Source: an uncultured Candidatus Rokubacteria bacterium | Lineage (GTDB): Bacteria > Methylomirabilota > Methylomirabilia > Rokubacteriales > DASRDR01 | Direction of reading: 5' to 3' | Assembly (NCBI GenBank): GCA_963826115.1 | Contig: CAWGVS010000006.1 | Coordinates: 416,001-480,000, forward strand | DNA: 64,000 bases | In this document: piece after piece, positions 56,385-64,000 of the stretch | Layout of the letters: every line of letters starts with the position of its first letter | Numbering within the stretch: the first letter of the stretch is position 1 | Notes under the pieces: model-generated | The model's input: only the letters and a program-made list of their open reading frames with translations | Database searches by the model: none | Told to the model about the DNA's origin: nothing | Position numbers and translations under genes: made by a program

Positions 56385-57449
56385 CTAGGCGCGAGGCTGG
56401 TACGCCATCGCCTCGAGGCGCGCCACGCGGTCCGCGATCGGCGGGTGGGTCGCGAAGAGGTCGGCGAGCCAGCCCTCGCGGTTGTTGGCCGCCCGGCCGA
56501 GCGGATCGGCGATGCAGAGGTGCGCGGTACCCCGGTGGATGCGCGCCGTCGGCGCCGCCGCCGCGTCGAGCTTGCGGAGCGCGCTCGCGAGGCCGAGCGG
56601 GTTGCGGGTCAGCTCGGCTCCCGACGCGTCGGCCAGGTACTCGCGGCGCCGCGAGACCCCGGTCGCGAGGAGGCGCCCGATGAGGGGCGTCAGGACGATC
56701 GTGAGGAGCCAGACGACGAGGAGGACCAGGACCAGGGGGCCGCCCCCCGACTCGCCGTCCCGCCGGCGCGAGTCCCGGGACTCGGGCACGCCGAGACGGA
56801 GCCGCATCGCCCAGTCGCTCAGGAGCAGGACGGCGCCCAAGAGCGCCGCGACGAGCGTCATCTTCCGGATGTCGAAGTTCCGGACGTGCGACATCTCGTG
56901 GGCGATCACGCCCTGGAGCTCCTCCCGGTTCATGGTCTGGAGGAGCCCCGTCGTCACCGCGATCGAGGCGTGGTCCGGGTCCCGTCCGGTGGCGAAGGCG
57001 TTCGGGTCGGGCTCGTCGATGACGTAGACCCGCGGCATCGGCTGGCCGGCCGCGATGGCCATCTCGGTGACCACGTTCATGAGCTGCTTGACCTCGGCGG
57101 AGGGGTTCCCGGGCGACACCGGTCGCGCGAAGCTCGAGGCGAGGACGGCGCGGTCGCCGAACCGGTAGCTGAGCCACGCCGATCCCATCCCGAAGAGCGC
57201 GGCGGCGCTGGCCGCGATGGGGAAGGGCAGCGGCACGGCGCCGGCGTGCGCCACGCGGGCGGCGCCGAGGACGAAGAGGTCGAAGCCGTAGCCGACGAAC
57301 GCGAGCAGCGCGACGAACGCCGCGATCAGGAGCCAGGTATCGCGCCGGTTGCGGCGCTGCTCGTCGAAGAGGTTGCCGGCCGCCGGCGCCGCCGGCCGGG
57401 GCCGCCCGCCGCCCGGGCCGGGAGCCGTCGGCGGCGTCTCCGCGGCCAT
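56385..57449 (-). CDS. htpX: HtpX-like M48 membrane protease
   Basis: PNAFATGR, ELQGVIAHEMSH, SRRREYLAD, FATHPP; downstream of lemA. Confidence 0.9.
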   Translation of the reverse strand: MAAETPPTAPGPGGGRPRPAAPAAGNLFDEQRRNRRDTWLLIAAFVALLAFVGYGFDLFVLGAARVAHAGAVPLPFPIAASAAALFGMGSAWLSYRFGDRAVLASSFARPVSPGNPSAEVKQLMNVVTEMAIAAGQPMPRVYVIDEPDPNAFATGRDPDHASIAVTTGLLQTMNREELQGVIAHEMSHVRNFDIRKMTLVAALLGAVLLLSDWAMRLRLGVPESRDSRRRDGESGGGPLVLVLLVVWLLTIVLTPLIGRLLATGVSRRREYLADASGAELTRNPLGLASALRKLDAAAAPTARIHRGTAHLCIADPLGRAANNREGWLADLFATHPPIADRVARLEAMAYQPRA

Positions 57450-57453
57450 GCCG

Positions 57454-58011
57454 CTACCGCGCGCCGAGGTCGACCCGGGGCAGCGCGCGGTCGGCCGCGT
57501 CGACCTGGAAGAACTCGGCCGGCCGGAAGCCGAGCGCGCCCGCGACGAGGTTGGCCGGGAAGACCTGCTGGCGCGTGTTGTACTGCGCCACCAGGTCGTT
57601 GTAGAGCTGGCGCGCGAACCCCACCCGGTTCTCGGTCGTGACCAGCTCCTCCTGGAGCGCGAGGACGTTCTGGTTGGCCTTGAGGTCCGGGTAGCGCTCC
57701 ATCACGGCGAGGAGCCCGCCCACGGCCTGGGAGAGCGCGCCCTCGGCGGCACCGACCGCGCCCGCGCCGGTGGCGGACAGCGCGCGCGTGCGGGCCGTCG
57801 CGATGCGGTCGAAGAGCTCCCGCTCGTGCTGCATGTACCCCTGGACGGCCGCGACCAGGTTCGGGATCAGGTCGTGGCGGCGCTTCAGCTGGACGTCGAT
57901 CTGGGCCCAGGCGCTCGCGACCTGATTCCGGAGCGCGATCAGCCCGTTGTAGAGCCAGATCGCGATCCCGACCACGGCGACCGCGAGAACGAGCCCGACC
58001 AGCCCGGTCAC
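57454..58011 (-). CDS. lemA: LemA family protein
   Basis: YNGLI...AWAQIDVQLKRRHDLIPNLV, YPDLKA, TENRVGFARQLYND. GTGA overlap. Confidence 0.95.
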   Translation of the reverse strand: MTGLVGLVLAVAVVGIAIWLYNGLIALRNQVASAWAQIDVQLKRRHDLIPNLVAAVQGYMQHERELFDRIATARTRALSATGAGAVGAAEGALSQAVGGLLAVMERYPDLKANQNVLALQEELVTTENRVGFARQLYNDLVAQYNTRQQVFPANLVAGALGFRPAEFFQVDAADRALPRVDLGAR

Positions 58012-59678
58012 GACCGGTCGGCCGCCGGATCCGGCTCTTGCCCGGCCGCGCCGGTGTGGTGCAGGATCCGGTCGGCCAGGCGCCCCTCCGCGACCATGGC
58101 GCCCAGCGCGGCGCGCTGGATCTTGCCGCTCGAGGTCTTGGGAATGGTCTGGGGCCGGACCAGGAGGACCCGCGCGGGCCGGAGCCCGTTGCGCCGGTGG
58201 ACCGCCTGCGTCACGTCGTGGGCGATGCGGGCGAGCTCCTCGGGCCGGAGCCCGTCTCCGCGGACCTCGGCGACCACGTGGAGACGCTGGGTGCCGGTGC
58301 GCTCGCTCTCGATCCCGATGGCCGCCGAGTACCGGACGCCGGGGACGTGGTCCGCCGCCTCCTCCACGTCGGCGGGGACGACGTTCTGCCCGCGCACGAC
58401 GATGACGTCCTTGAGGCGCCCCGTGATGAAGAGGTAGCCCTCGGCGTCCAGGAAGCCGAGGTCGCCGGTGTGGAGCCACCCGTCGCGGAGGGCGCGGGCG
58501 GTGGCGTCGGGCTCGCGGTAGTAGCCCTGCATCACCCCGGGGCTCTGGACCAGGATCTCGCCCACCTCACCGGGCTGCGCCCGCTGGCTGTCGACAGGTC
58601 CGGCGATCTCGACCCGGACGCCCCGGCACGGCCGCCCGACCGACAGGAAGCTCCCGCTCGCGTCCGCGCGCACCGGCTGCCCCTGCGGCCACACCGCGAC
58701 GGCGAGGGTCGCCTCCGCGAGGCCGTACGCGGGCGCGAAGATGTCACCCACGCCGAACCGCTCCTGGAACGCGCGGATCGTCGACAGGCGCACCGGCTCC
58801 GCGCCCGAGAGCGCCATCCGGAGGCTCGACAGGTCGAGGCCCCGCGTGTCGTGGATGTGGCGGACGCAGTTGCGATACCCGAAGTCGGGCGACACGGTGA
58901 GGTGAGCGCGGTGCTCGGTGATCGCCTCGAGCCACGCGCGGGGGTCCCGGAGGTCCGGCGGGAGGAGCACGAGCCGCGCTCCCGTGTAGAGCGCGCCGAA
59001 CGCCAGGCCGATCAGGCCCATGTCGTGGTACAGCGGGAGCCAGCTCACCAGCGTGTCGGTTGGCGACACCGCCACGGCGTCGACCATCATCCGGACGGTG
59101 GCCATGACGTTCCGGTGGCTCAGCACGACGCCGCGCGGCACGGACGTGCTGCCGGACGTGTACTGGAGGAAGCAGGTCTCGTCCTCGCCGGCCGAGCACG
59201 GCGCGCCCACGGCGCGCCCGGTCTCGAGGAGGTCCGGCGTCAGGAGGTGACGGAGATCGGGCGCGTCGGCCCTCGCGGCCTCCACGTCGGCCCGGAACCA
59301 GTCGATCGTGACGACCGCCCGGGCCTCGCAGCTCCGGAGGACCTTGGCCTTGAGCTCGGGGTCGAGCGTCGGGTAGAGGGGCACGGGCACGGCGCCGATG
59401 GCGAGGGCCCCGAAGAAGGCGAAGAAGAACTCCTCGCACGTGGGGAGGATGATCGCCACCTTGTCGCCCGGGCCGATCCCCAGTGCCCGCAGCGCGCCGC
59501 CGTAGCGGAGCGTCGTCGCGTGGAGACGCCCCGCCGTCAGGGGCGTGCCGAAGAGAGTGAAGTAGACGCCGTCCGGCTCGGCCTCCGCGCGGCGCTGGAT
59601 CAACGCCGAGAGGGTCGGCACCTCGGCCGGGCGCCACTGCGGAGAGACCGTCGCGCCGGGCACGCTCGCGCGCGTCAT
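58008..59678 (-). CDS. Fatty acyl-AMP ligase-like adenylation enzyme
   Basis: FLQYTSGSTSVPRGV, SWLPLYHDMGLIG, GAEPV, YGLAEATL, TGDLGF, GRLKD, PKTSSGKIQR. Confidence 0.9.
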   Translation of the reverse strand: MTRASVPGATVSPQWRPAEVPTLSALIQRRAEAEPDGVYFTLFGTPLTAGRLHATTLRYGGALRALGIGPGDKVAIILPTCEEFFFAFFGALAIGAVPVPLYPTLDPELKAKVLRSCEARAVVTIDWFRADVEAARADAPDLRHLLTPDLLETGRAVGAPCSAGEDETCFLQYTSGSTSVPRGVVLSHRNVMATVRMMVDAVAVSPTDTLVSWLPLYHDMGLIGLAFGALYTGARLVLLPPDLRDPRAWLEAITEHRAHLTVSPDFGYRNCVRHIHDTRGLDLSSLRMALSGAEPVRLSTIRAFQERFGVGDIFAPAYGLAEATLAVAVWPQGQPVRADASGSFLSVGRPCRGVRVEIAGPVDSQRAQPGEVGEILVQSPGVMQGYYREPDATARALRDGWLHTGDLGFLDAEGYLFITGRLKDVIVVRGQNVVPADVEEAADHVPGVRYSAAIGIESERTGTQRLHVVAEVRGDGLRPEELARIAHDVTQAVHRRNGLRPARVLLVRPQTIPKTSSGKIQRAALGAMVAEGRLADRILHHTGAAGQEPDPAADRS

Positions 59679-59734
59679 GGGTGAACGAAGTTTATCACCA
59701 GCGCTCCGGAGGGCTCGCCGACTCCGGGACGCGG

Positions 59735-60814
59735 CTAGTCCGCCCAGTCGGCGACGAAGACGTTGAACTCGCGGGGCTGGGCGGCTCCGCGGCTCGAGCA
59801 GAAGACCAGGCGGCAGCCGTCCGGGGAGAACATCGGGAACGAGGCAAACGACTCCGCGAAGGTGAGCCGCTCGAGGCCGCGCCCGTCGCGGCGCACCAGG
59901 TAGAGCGCGAAGTCGAACCGCCCGGGGTCGTGGAGGTTCGACGAGAACACGATCCGCTCGCCGTCGGGATGGAGGCAGGGCGCCCAGTTCGCCGCGCCGT
60001 TCGCCGTGACCTGGCGCACGCCGGCGCCGTCCGCCGCCATCACGAACAGCTCGGCGCGCGTCGGGCGGACCAGACCCTGCCGGAGGAGGGCGCGGTACTC
60101 CGCGAGCTCGGCCGGATCCGTCGGGTGCCAGCCCCGCCACACGATGTCCCGGCCGTCCCACGAGAAGAACGGCCCGCCGTCGTAGCCCGGCCGGTCCGTC
60201 AGCCGACGGACCCCGCCGCCATCGCCGTCCATGACGTAGAGGTCGAGGTCGCCGTCCCGCGTCGAGGCGAAGACGATCCGGCCGTCGGGCGCGATCGTCC
60301 CCTCCGCGTCGTACCCGGGGCTGCCGGCGAGCCGCCGGAGGTTGCCCCCGTCGGCGGCGCACGTGTAGAGGTCGTAGTCGTGGAGCGCCCACACGTATCC
60401 CCGCGAGCGGTCGGGCGCAGGGGGACAATCCGCGCCCGCGTGGTGCGTGGACGCATAGAGGATCCGCCGGCCGTCGGGCAGGAAGAACGCGCAGGTCGTG
60501 CGGCCGCGGCCGGTGGAGACGAGCCGCACGTCGCTCCCGTCCGCCGCCATGGTGAAGATCTGGTCGCAGGCGAACGGCGGGCGTGTCGACTGGAACACGA
60601 GCCGGGATCCCGCGCGGTCCCAGTACGCCTCGGCGTTCTGGCCGCCGAAGGTCAGCTGGCGGAGGCCGGCGAGATGGCGCTCCCGCGGGTCGGGCGCCGC
60701 GGTCGCCTGGGCCCGCGCGCCCCGGGCCGCGAGGTGCTCGCGGAGGACCGCCGCCGCGCCGCCGAGGCCGAGGCGAAGGATCGTCCGCCGGTCGAGACGG
60801 AGCCTCCCGGTCAC
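59735..60814 (-). CDS. TolB-like PD40 beta-propeller protein with Tat signal
   Basis: DRRTILRLG Tat motif; LRQLTFGGQNAEAYW, GRTTC, GYDAE, GYDGGPFFSWDG, FPMFSPDG. Confidence 0.9.
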   Translation of the reverse strand: MTGRLRLDRRTILRLGLGGAAAVLREHLAARGARAQATAAPDPRERHLAGLRQLTFGGQNAEAYWDRAGSRLVFQSTRPPFACDQIFTMAADGSDVRLVSTGRGRTTCAFFLPDGRRILYASTHHAGADCPPAPDRSRGYVWALHDYDLYTCAADGGNLRRLAGSPGYDAEGTIAPDGRIVFASTRDGDLDLYVMDGDGGGVRRLTDRPGYDGGPFFSWDGRDIVWRGWHPTDPAELAEYRALLRQGLVRPTRAELFVMAADGAGVRQVTANGAANWAPCLHPDGERIVFSSNLHDPGRFDFALYLVRRDGRGLERLTFAESFASFPMFSPDGCRLVFCSSRGAAQPREFNVFVADWAD

Positions 60815-62628
60815 CGCCGCTCCTCGAGGGTGGCCTGGGCGGCGCGCTCGGCGCCGTCCCGCACGTAGCCCACCTCGACGGCGTCGCCCGCGCGGCGGCC
60901 GCGGAGCGCGAAGACGAAGTCGTCGAGGGTCCGGATCGTCACGCCGGCGAACCGCACGATGACGTCTCCGGCCCGGAGGCCCGCCTTGTCCGCCGGGCTG
61001 CCCGGCCGGACCCCGCCCAGGCGGACTCCGGGCTGCGGGGAATCGCCGAAGTCGGGGACCGCGCCGAAGTACGGGCCGTAGCCCGTGGGGCCGGCGCCCG
61101 CGCGCGGCGCCCCGCCGGGGACGCGGACGAACGCGGGGCGATCGTCCCGGTCGGCGAGCGCGCGGACGACCCGGTAGGCGACCGTCGCCACGGTCCGGAG
61201 CCCGTCGGCGTCGATCCGGTCCCAGGTGTCGCTCGGGCGGTGGTAGTCGCCGTGGGGCCCGGTGAAGAGGAACACGGCCGGCCGTTCGCGGTTGAGGAAG
61301 GCGGTGTGGTCGGACGGGCCGACGCCGTCGCCGCGCAGGGCGAGCGGGACGGGCAGCCCCTGGCCGGCCTGCTCCACCAGCGCGCGGAGCCCCTGGCCGG
61401 TATCGACGCCCATGACGTGGAGGCGGCCGTCGCGGAGGCGGCCCACGCTGTCGAGGTTGACCATCGCCACGGTCCGGTCGAGGGGAATCGCCGGCTGGCC
61501 CACGTAGTACGTGGACCCCAGGAGCCCGAGCTCCTCGCCGGAGAACGCGATCAGGACCAGGCTGCGCCGCGCCCCGCCCGACCGCGTGAAGGCCTCCGCG
61601 ATTCCGAGGAGCGCGGCGGTGCCGGAGGCGTTGTCGTCCGCGCCCGGATGGATCGCGTCGCCCTGCTCGGGCGCCAGGGAGAAGGGGCTGCCCCGCCCGA
61701 GGTGATCGTAATGGGCGCCGACCACGACCGCCTCGGCGCCGAGCGCGGAATCGGTGCCGGGCAGGAGGCCCACGACGTTCGCGGTCGCCCCGCGATCGCG
61801 CAGGAGCGCCGCCCGGATCCGCGCCCGCACGCCGGGGAGGGCGCGCGAGGCCGGCGCGCCGGTCCGGTCGATCTCCGCGTGGAGGCGCGCGAGGTCGAGC
61901 CCCGCCGGGATGAGCAGCGCGTCCGCGAGGGCGCGGTGCGCCGAGACCGCGACGATGCCCCAGGACGGCGTCGTGCCGCGGAGCGCCGCCAGCCGGTCGC
62001 CGCGCCCGGGATTCTCGACGACGATCACGGCGGCGGCGCCGTGCTCCCGCGCGTTCAGGACCTTGTGGCGGAGCTCCGTGTAGTGGAAGTGCTCGGCCGG
62101 CCGGAACGGCCCCCGGGGATCCGTCTCGCGCGGCTCGCCGGTCATGACGAGCACGGCCTTGCCGCGGACGTCGAGCCCCGCGTAGTCGTCGTAGCCGAGG
62201 GGCGGCGCGGTGATCCCGTAGCCGGCGAATGTCGCGTCGCCGGTGACGTCGGCGTCCGCCGAGAACGTGAACGGCAGGAAGTCCGCGCCCGCCGCGAACG
62301 CGCGTGGCGCCGCGCCGGGCGCCGTGACGTCGATCGCGCCCCCCGGCGCGACGCGCACGCCGGTCAGCACCTCGAAGCGCTGGAGGAAGGTCCCGCCATC
62401 ACCCGCGGGGCGGAGGCCGAGGCGGCGGAACTCGGCGACCAGGTAGGCGGCGGCCCGATCCGCGCCGGGCGTGCCCGCCGCGCGGCCCTCCATGGCGGGG
62501 TCGGTCAGGTCACGGACCCATCCGAGGAGCCGCGCCGCGTCGGGGATCGGCTCGGCCGCGCGGGCGAGCGCCGCCGCGGCGGCGACCGCGGCGAGGGCGA
62601 GGGCGAGGAGGAGCCGGGCGCGCGCCCT
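60811..62628 (-). CDS. Secreted M28 peptidase with PA and PDZ domains; start codon apparently damaged
   Basis: GAHYDHLG, GADDNASG, FSGEELG, NLDSVG, SDH, DYHRPSD, PDZ (GSPADKAGL). The frame continues upstream of Met 62493 through RARARLLLALALAAVAAAAALARA-AEP. Confidence 0.88.
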   Translation of the reverse strand, partial: RARARLLLALALAAVAAAAALARAAEPIPDAARLLGWVRDLTDPAMEGRAAGTPGADRAAAYLVAEFRRLGLRPAGDGGTFLQRFEVLTGVRVAPGGAIDVTAPGAAPRAFAAGADFLPFTFSADADVTGDATFAGYGITAPPLGYDDYAGLDVRGKAVLVMTGEPRETDPRGPFRPAEHFHYTELRHKVLNAREHGAAAVIVVENPGRGDRLAALRGTTPSWGIVAVSAHRALADALLIPAGLDLARLHAEIDRTGAPASRALPGVRARIRAALLRDRGATANVVGLLPGTDSALGAEAVVVGAHYDHLGRGSPFSLAPEQGDAIHPGADDNASGTAALLGIAEAFTRSGGARRSLVLIAFSGEELGLLGSTYYVGQPAIPLDRTVAMVNLDSVGRLRDGRLHVMGVDTGQGLRALVEQAGQGLPVPLALRGDGVGPSDHTAFLNRERPAVFLFTGPHGDYHRPSDTWDRIDADGLRTVATVAYRVVRALADRDDRPAFVRVPGGAPRAGAGPTGYGPYFGAVPDFGDSPQPGVRLGGVRPGSPADKAGLRAGDVIVRFAGVTIRTLDDFVFALRGRRAGDAVEVGYVRDGAERAAQATLEERR

Positions 62629-63325
62629 ACCGGGGCAGGTCGATGCTGCGGAACGCCTCGGCGTACGTGTACCCGTGCGGCTTCCCGAGGTCGGCCGCGC
62701 GCTCGCGGACCCGGCCCTCGGCGCCGGCGAAATCCCGGAGCTGGCTCGCGTGGCACCGGAGCGCGTCGAGCTTCCGGTCGATGGTGGCCGTGATGTCGAG
62801 GACGACGTCCGGCTCGTCGTGGCCCATGAGGTAGACCTGGCGCGCCTTGTGCGGCTGCCATCCTTCGGCGAGCACCTCGGGGAAGTGCATCCGGTCCCGC
62901 GCGTAGGGATAGACGGCGTCGAGCGCCAGGCGGCCGGCGTGCCGGTGGTCGCGATGGCCCGAGTACGGGTTCAGGCTGGGGAACGGGTTCGTGGTGACGA
63001 CCCGATCGGGCCGGACCCGCCGGATCTCGCGCACGACGTCTCGCCGGGCCTCCCGCGTGTCCTCGAGCTCCCCATCGGGGTAGTTGAGGAACGTGACGCT
63101 CGTCACGCCGAGGACGTTCGCGGCCGCGCGCTGCTCGGCCTCGCGCACCGTCGCGAGGCGCTCCGCCGTCATCGCCGGATCGTCCGAGCCGCGGTTACCG
63201 CTCGTGAACAGGCAGTAGTGGACCTCGCAGCCGTCCGCGACCCAGCGCGCGACGCTGCCCCCGCAGCCGAACTCCGCGTCGTCGGGATGGGCTACCACCA
63301 CCAGGATTCGCCGGATGTCGGCCAT
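62627..63325 (-). CDS. PIG-L/LmbE family deacetylase
   Basis: AHPDDAEF, REAEQ, YPDG, HRDH, HASQ, AEAF. SD GGGGAG. Confidence 0.93.
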   Translation of the reverse strand: MADIRRILVVVAHPDDAEFGCGGSVARWVADGCEVHYCLFTSGNRGSDDPAMTAERLATVREAEQRAAANVLGVTSVTFLNYPDGELEDTREARRDVVREIRRVRPDRVVTTNPFPSLNPYSGHRDHRHAGRLALDAVYPYARDRMHFPEVLAEGWQPHKARQVYLMGHDEPDVVLDITATIDRKLDALRCHASQLRDFAGAEGRVRERAADLGKPHGYTYAEAFRSIDLPR

Positions 63326-63447
63326 GAACGCTCCCCGCGGGTGAGATATGCTGTCGTTCCGCATCACTCTACCATGCGGCTTGCGGGTGACCCCTCGCCG
63401 GCGGCGCCGGCGTCCGCGGTACACTGGGCGCGGAGGTGAGGGGCCCG

Positions 63448-64000
63448 ATGGAATCCGTTCTCGTCGCGGGCGGCGCCGGTTTCATCGGCTCGAACTTCGT
63501 CCGGCTGCTGCTCGCCCGCACGGACGCGCGCGTCGTCGTCCTGGACCGCCTCACCTACGCGGGCAACCTGGCGAGCCTCGCCGACGTGCGGTCGAACCCA
63601 CGCTTCGCGTTCGTCCAGGGCGACATCGCCGACCGCGAGCGGGTGGCGGCCCTGTTCCAGCAGCATCGCCCCGACGCCGTCGTGAACCTGGCCGCCGAGA
63701 CCCACGTGGACCGGTCGATCGACGGACCGCGCGCGTTCATCGAGACGAACCTGGTCGGCACGTTCGAGCTCCTGGACGCGGCGCGCCAGCACGTCGAGGG
63801 CCTCGAGCCTGCGCGCCGGGCCCGTTTCCGGCTCCTTCACGTGTCCACCGACGAGGTGTACGGGTCCCTCGGCCCCACGGGCCAGTTCGCCGAGACGAGC
63901 CCGTACGCCCCGAACTCGCCGTACGCGGCGTCCAAGGCGGGCGCCGACCACCTGGTGCGCGCGTACCACGAGACGTACCGGCTGCCGGCGCTCGTCACGA
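63448..64000 (+). CDS. rfbB: dTDP-glucose 4,6-dehydratase, partial
   Basis: GGAGFIGSNF, DRLTYAGN, AAETHVDRSI, HVSTDEVYG, PNSPYAASKA. SD GGAGGTG; TACACT upstream. Confidence 0.95.
   Translation, partial: MESVLVAGGAGFIGSNFVRLLLARTDARVVVLDRLTYAGNLASLADVRSNPRFAFVQGDIADRERVAALFQQHRPDAVVNLAAETHVDRSIDGPRAFIETNLVGTFELLDAARQHVEGLEPARRARFRLLHVSTDEVYGSLGPTGQFAETSPYAPNSPYAASKAGADHLVRAYHETYRLPALVT

Noticed and set aside
11531-62793. Many long Arg/Gly/Pro-rich ORFs and N-terminal extensions (e.g. 15972-19241, 23501-25843, 30037-32868, 38968-41478, 45242-47986)
   Set aside because: Alternative-frame or antisense products of high GC content; only the motif-bearing portions were kept.
1-64000. tRNA, rRNA, CRISPR arrays, IS transposases
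   Set aside because: No cloverleaf, rRNA-like tract, repeat-spacer array or transposase motif was seen by manual reading.

Overview
High-GC bacterial chromosomal window with no rRNA, tRNA, CRISPR array or intact transposase. Gene style suggests Candidatus Rokubacteria/Methylomirabilota (inference only). Left to right: (1) a secreted tandem-CARDB protein running off the left edge, preceded by a sigma-54-type promoter and a c-di-GMP-I riboswitch with an RBS-sequestering platform; (2) a partly decayed surface-glycan region (GT-C, GT-A, fcl, GT2, HAD, GT4, gene remnants); (3) divergent Ugp-like and AfuABC-like ABC importers and a CoA transferase; (4) iolD-iolE divergent from an operon of DegT aminotransferase, two Gfo/Idh/MocA dehydrogenases, an inositol monophosphatase and two TIM-barrel isomerases (candidate aminocyclitol/inositol-phosphate pathway); (5) mixed metabolic genes, including a leaderless Zn-ribbon ORF, a long hairpin and a beta-carbonic anhydrase under a palindromic operator; (6) a divergent PaaK/CapK-like pair, FAAL-like-lemA-htpX, PIG-L/M28/TolB-like genes and a partial rfbB. 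Recurring features are leaderless starts, two micro-uORFs overlapping main-gene starts, three sigma-54-like sites ahead of secreted proteins, and several deletion or indel scars. All family calls come from motif recognition by eye, not database searches.
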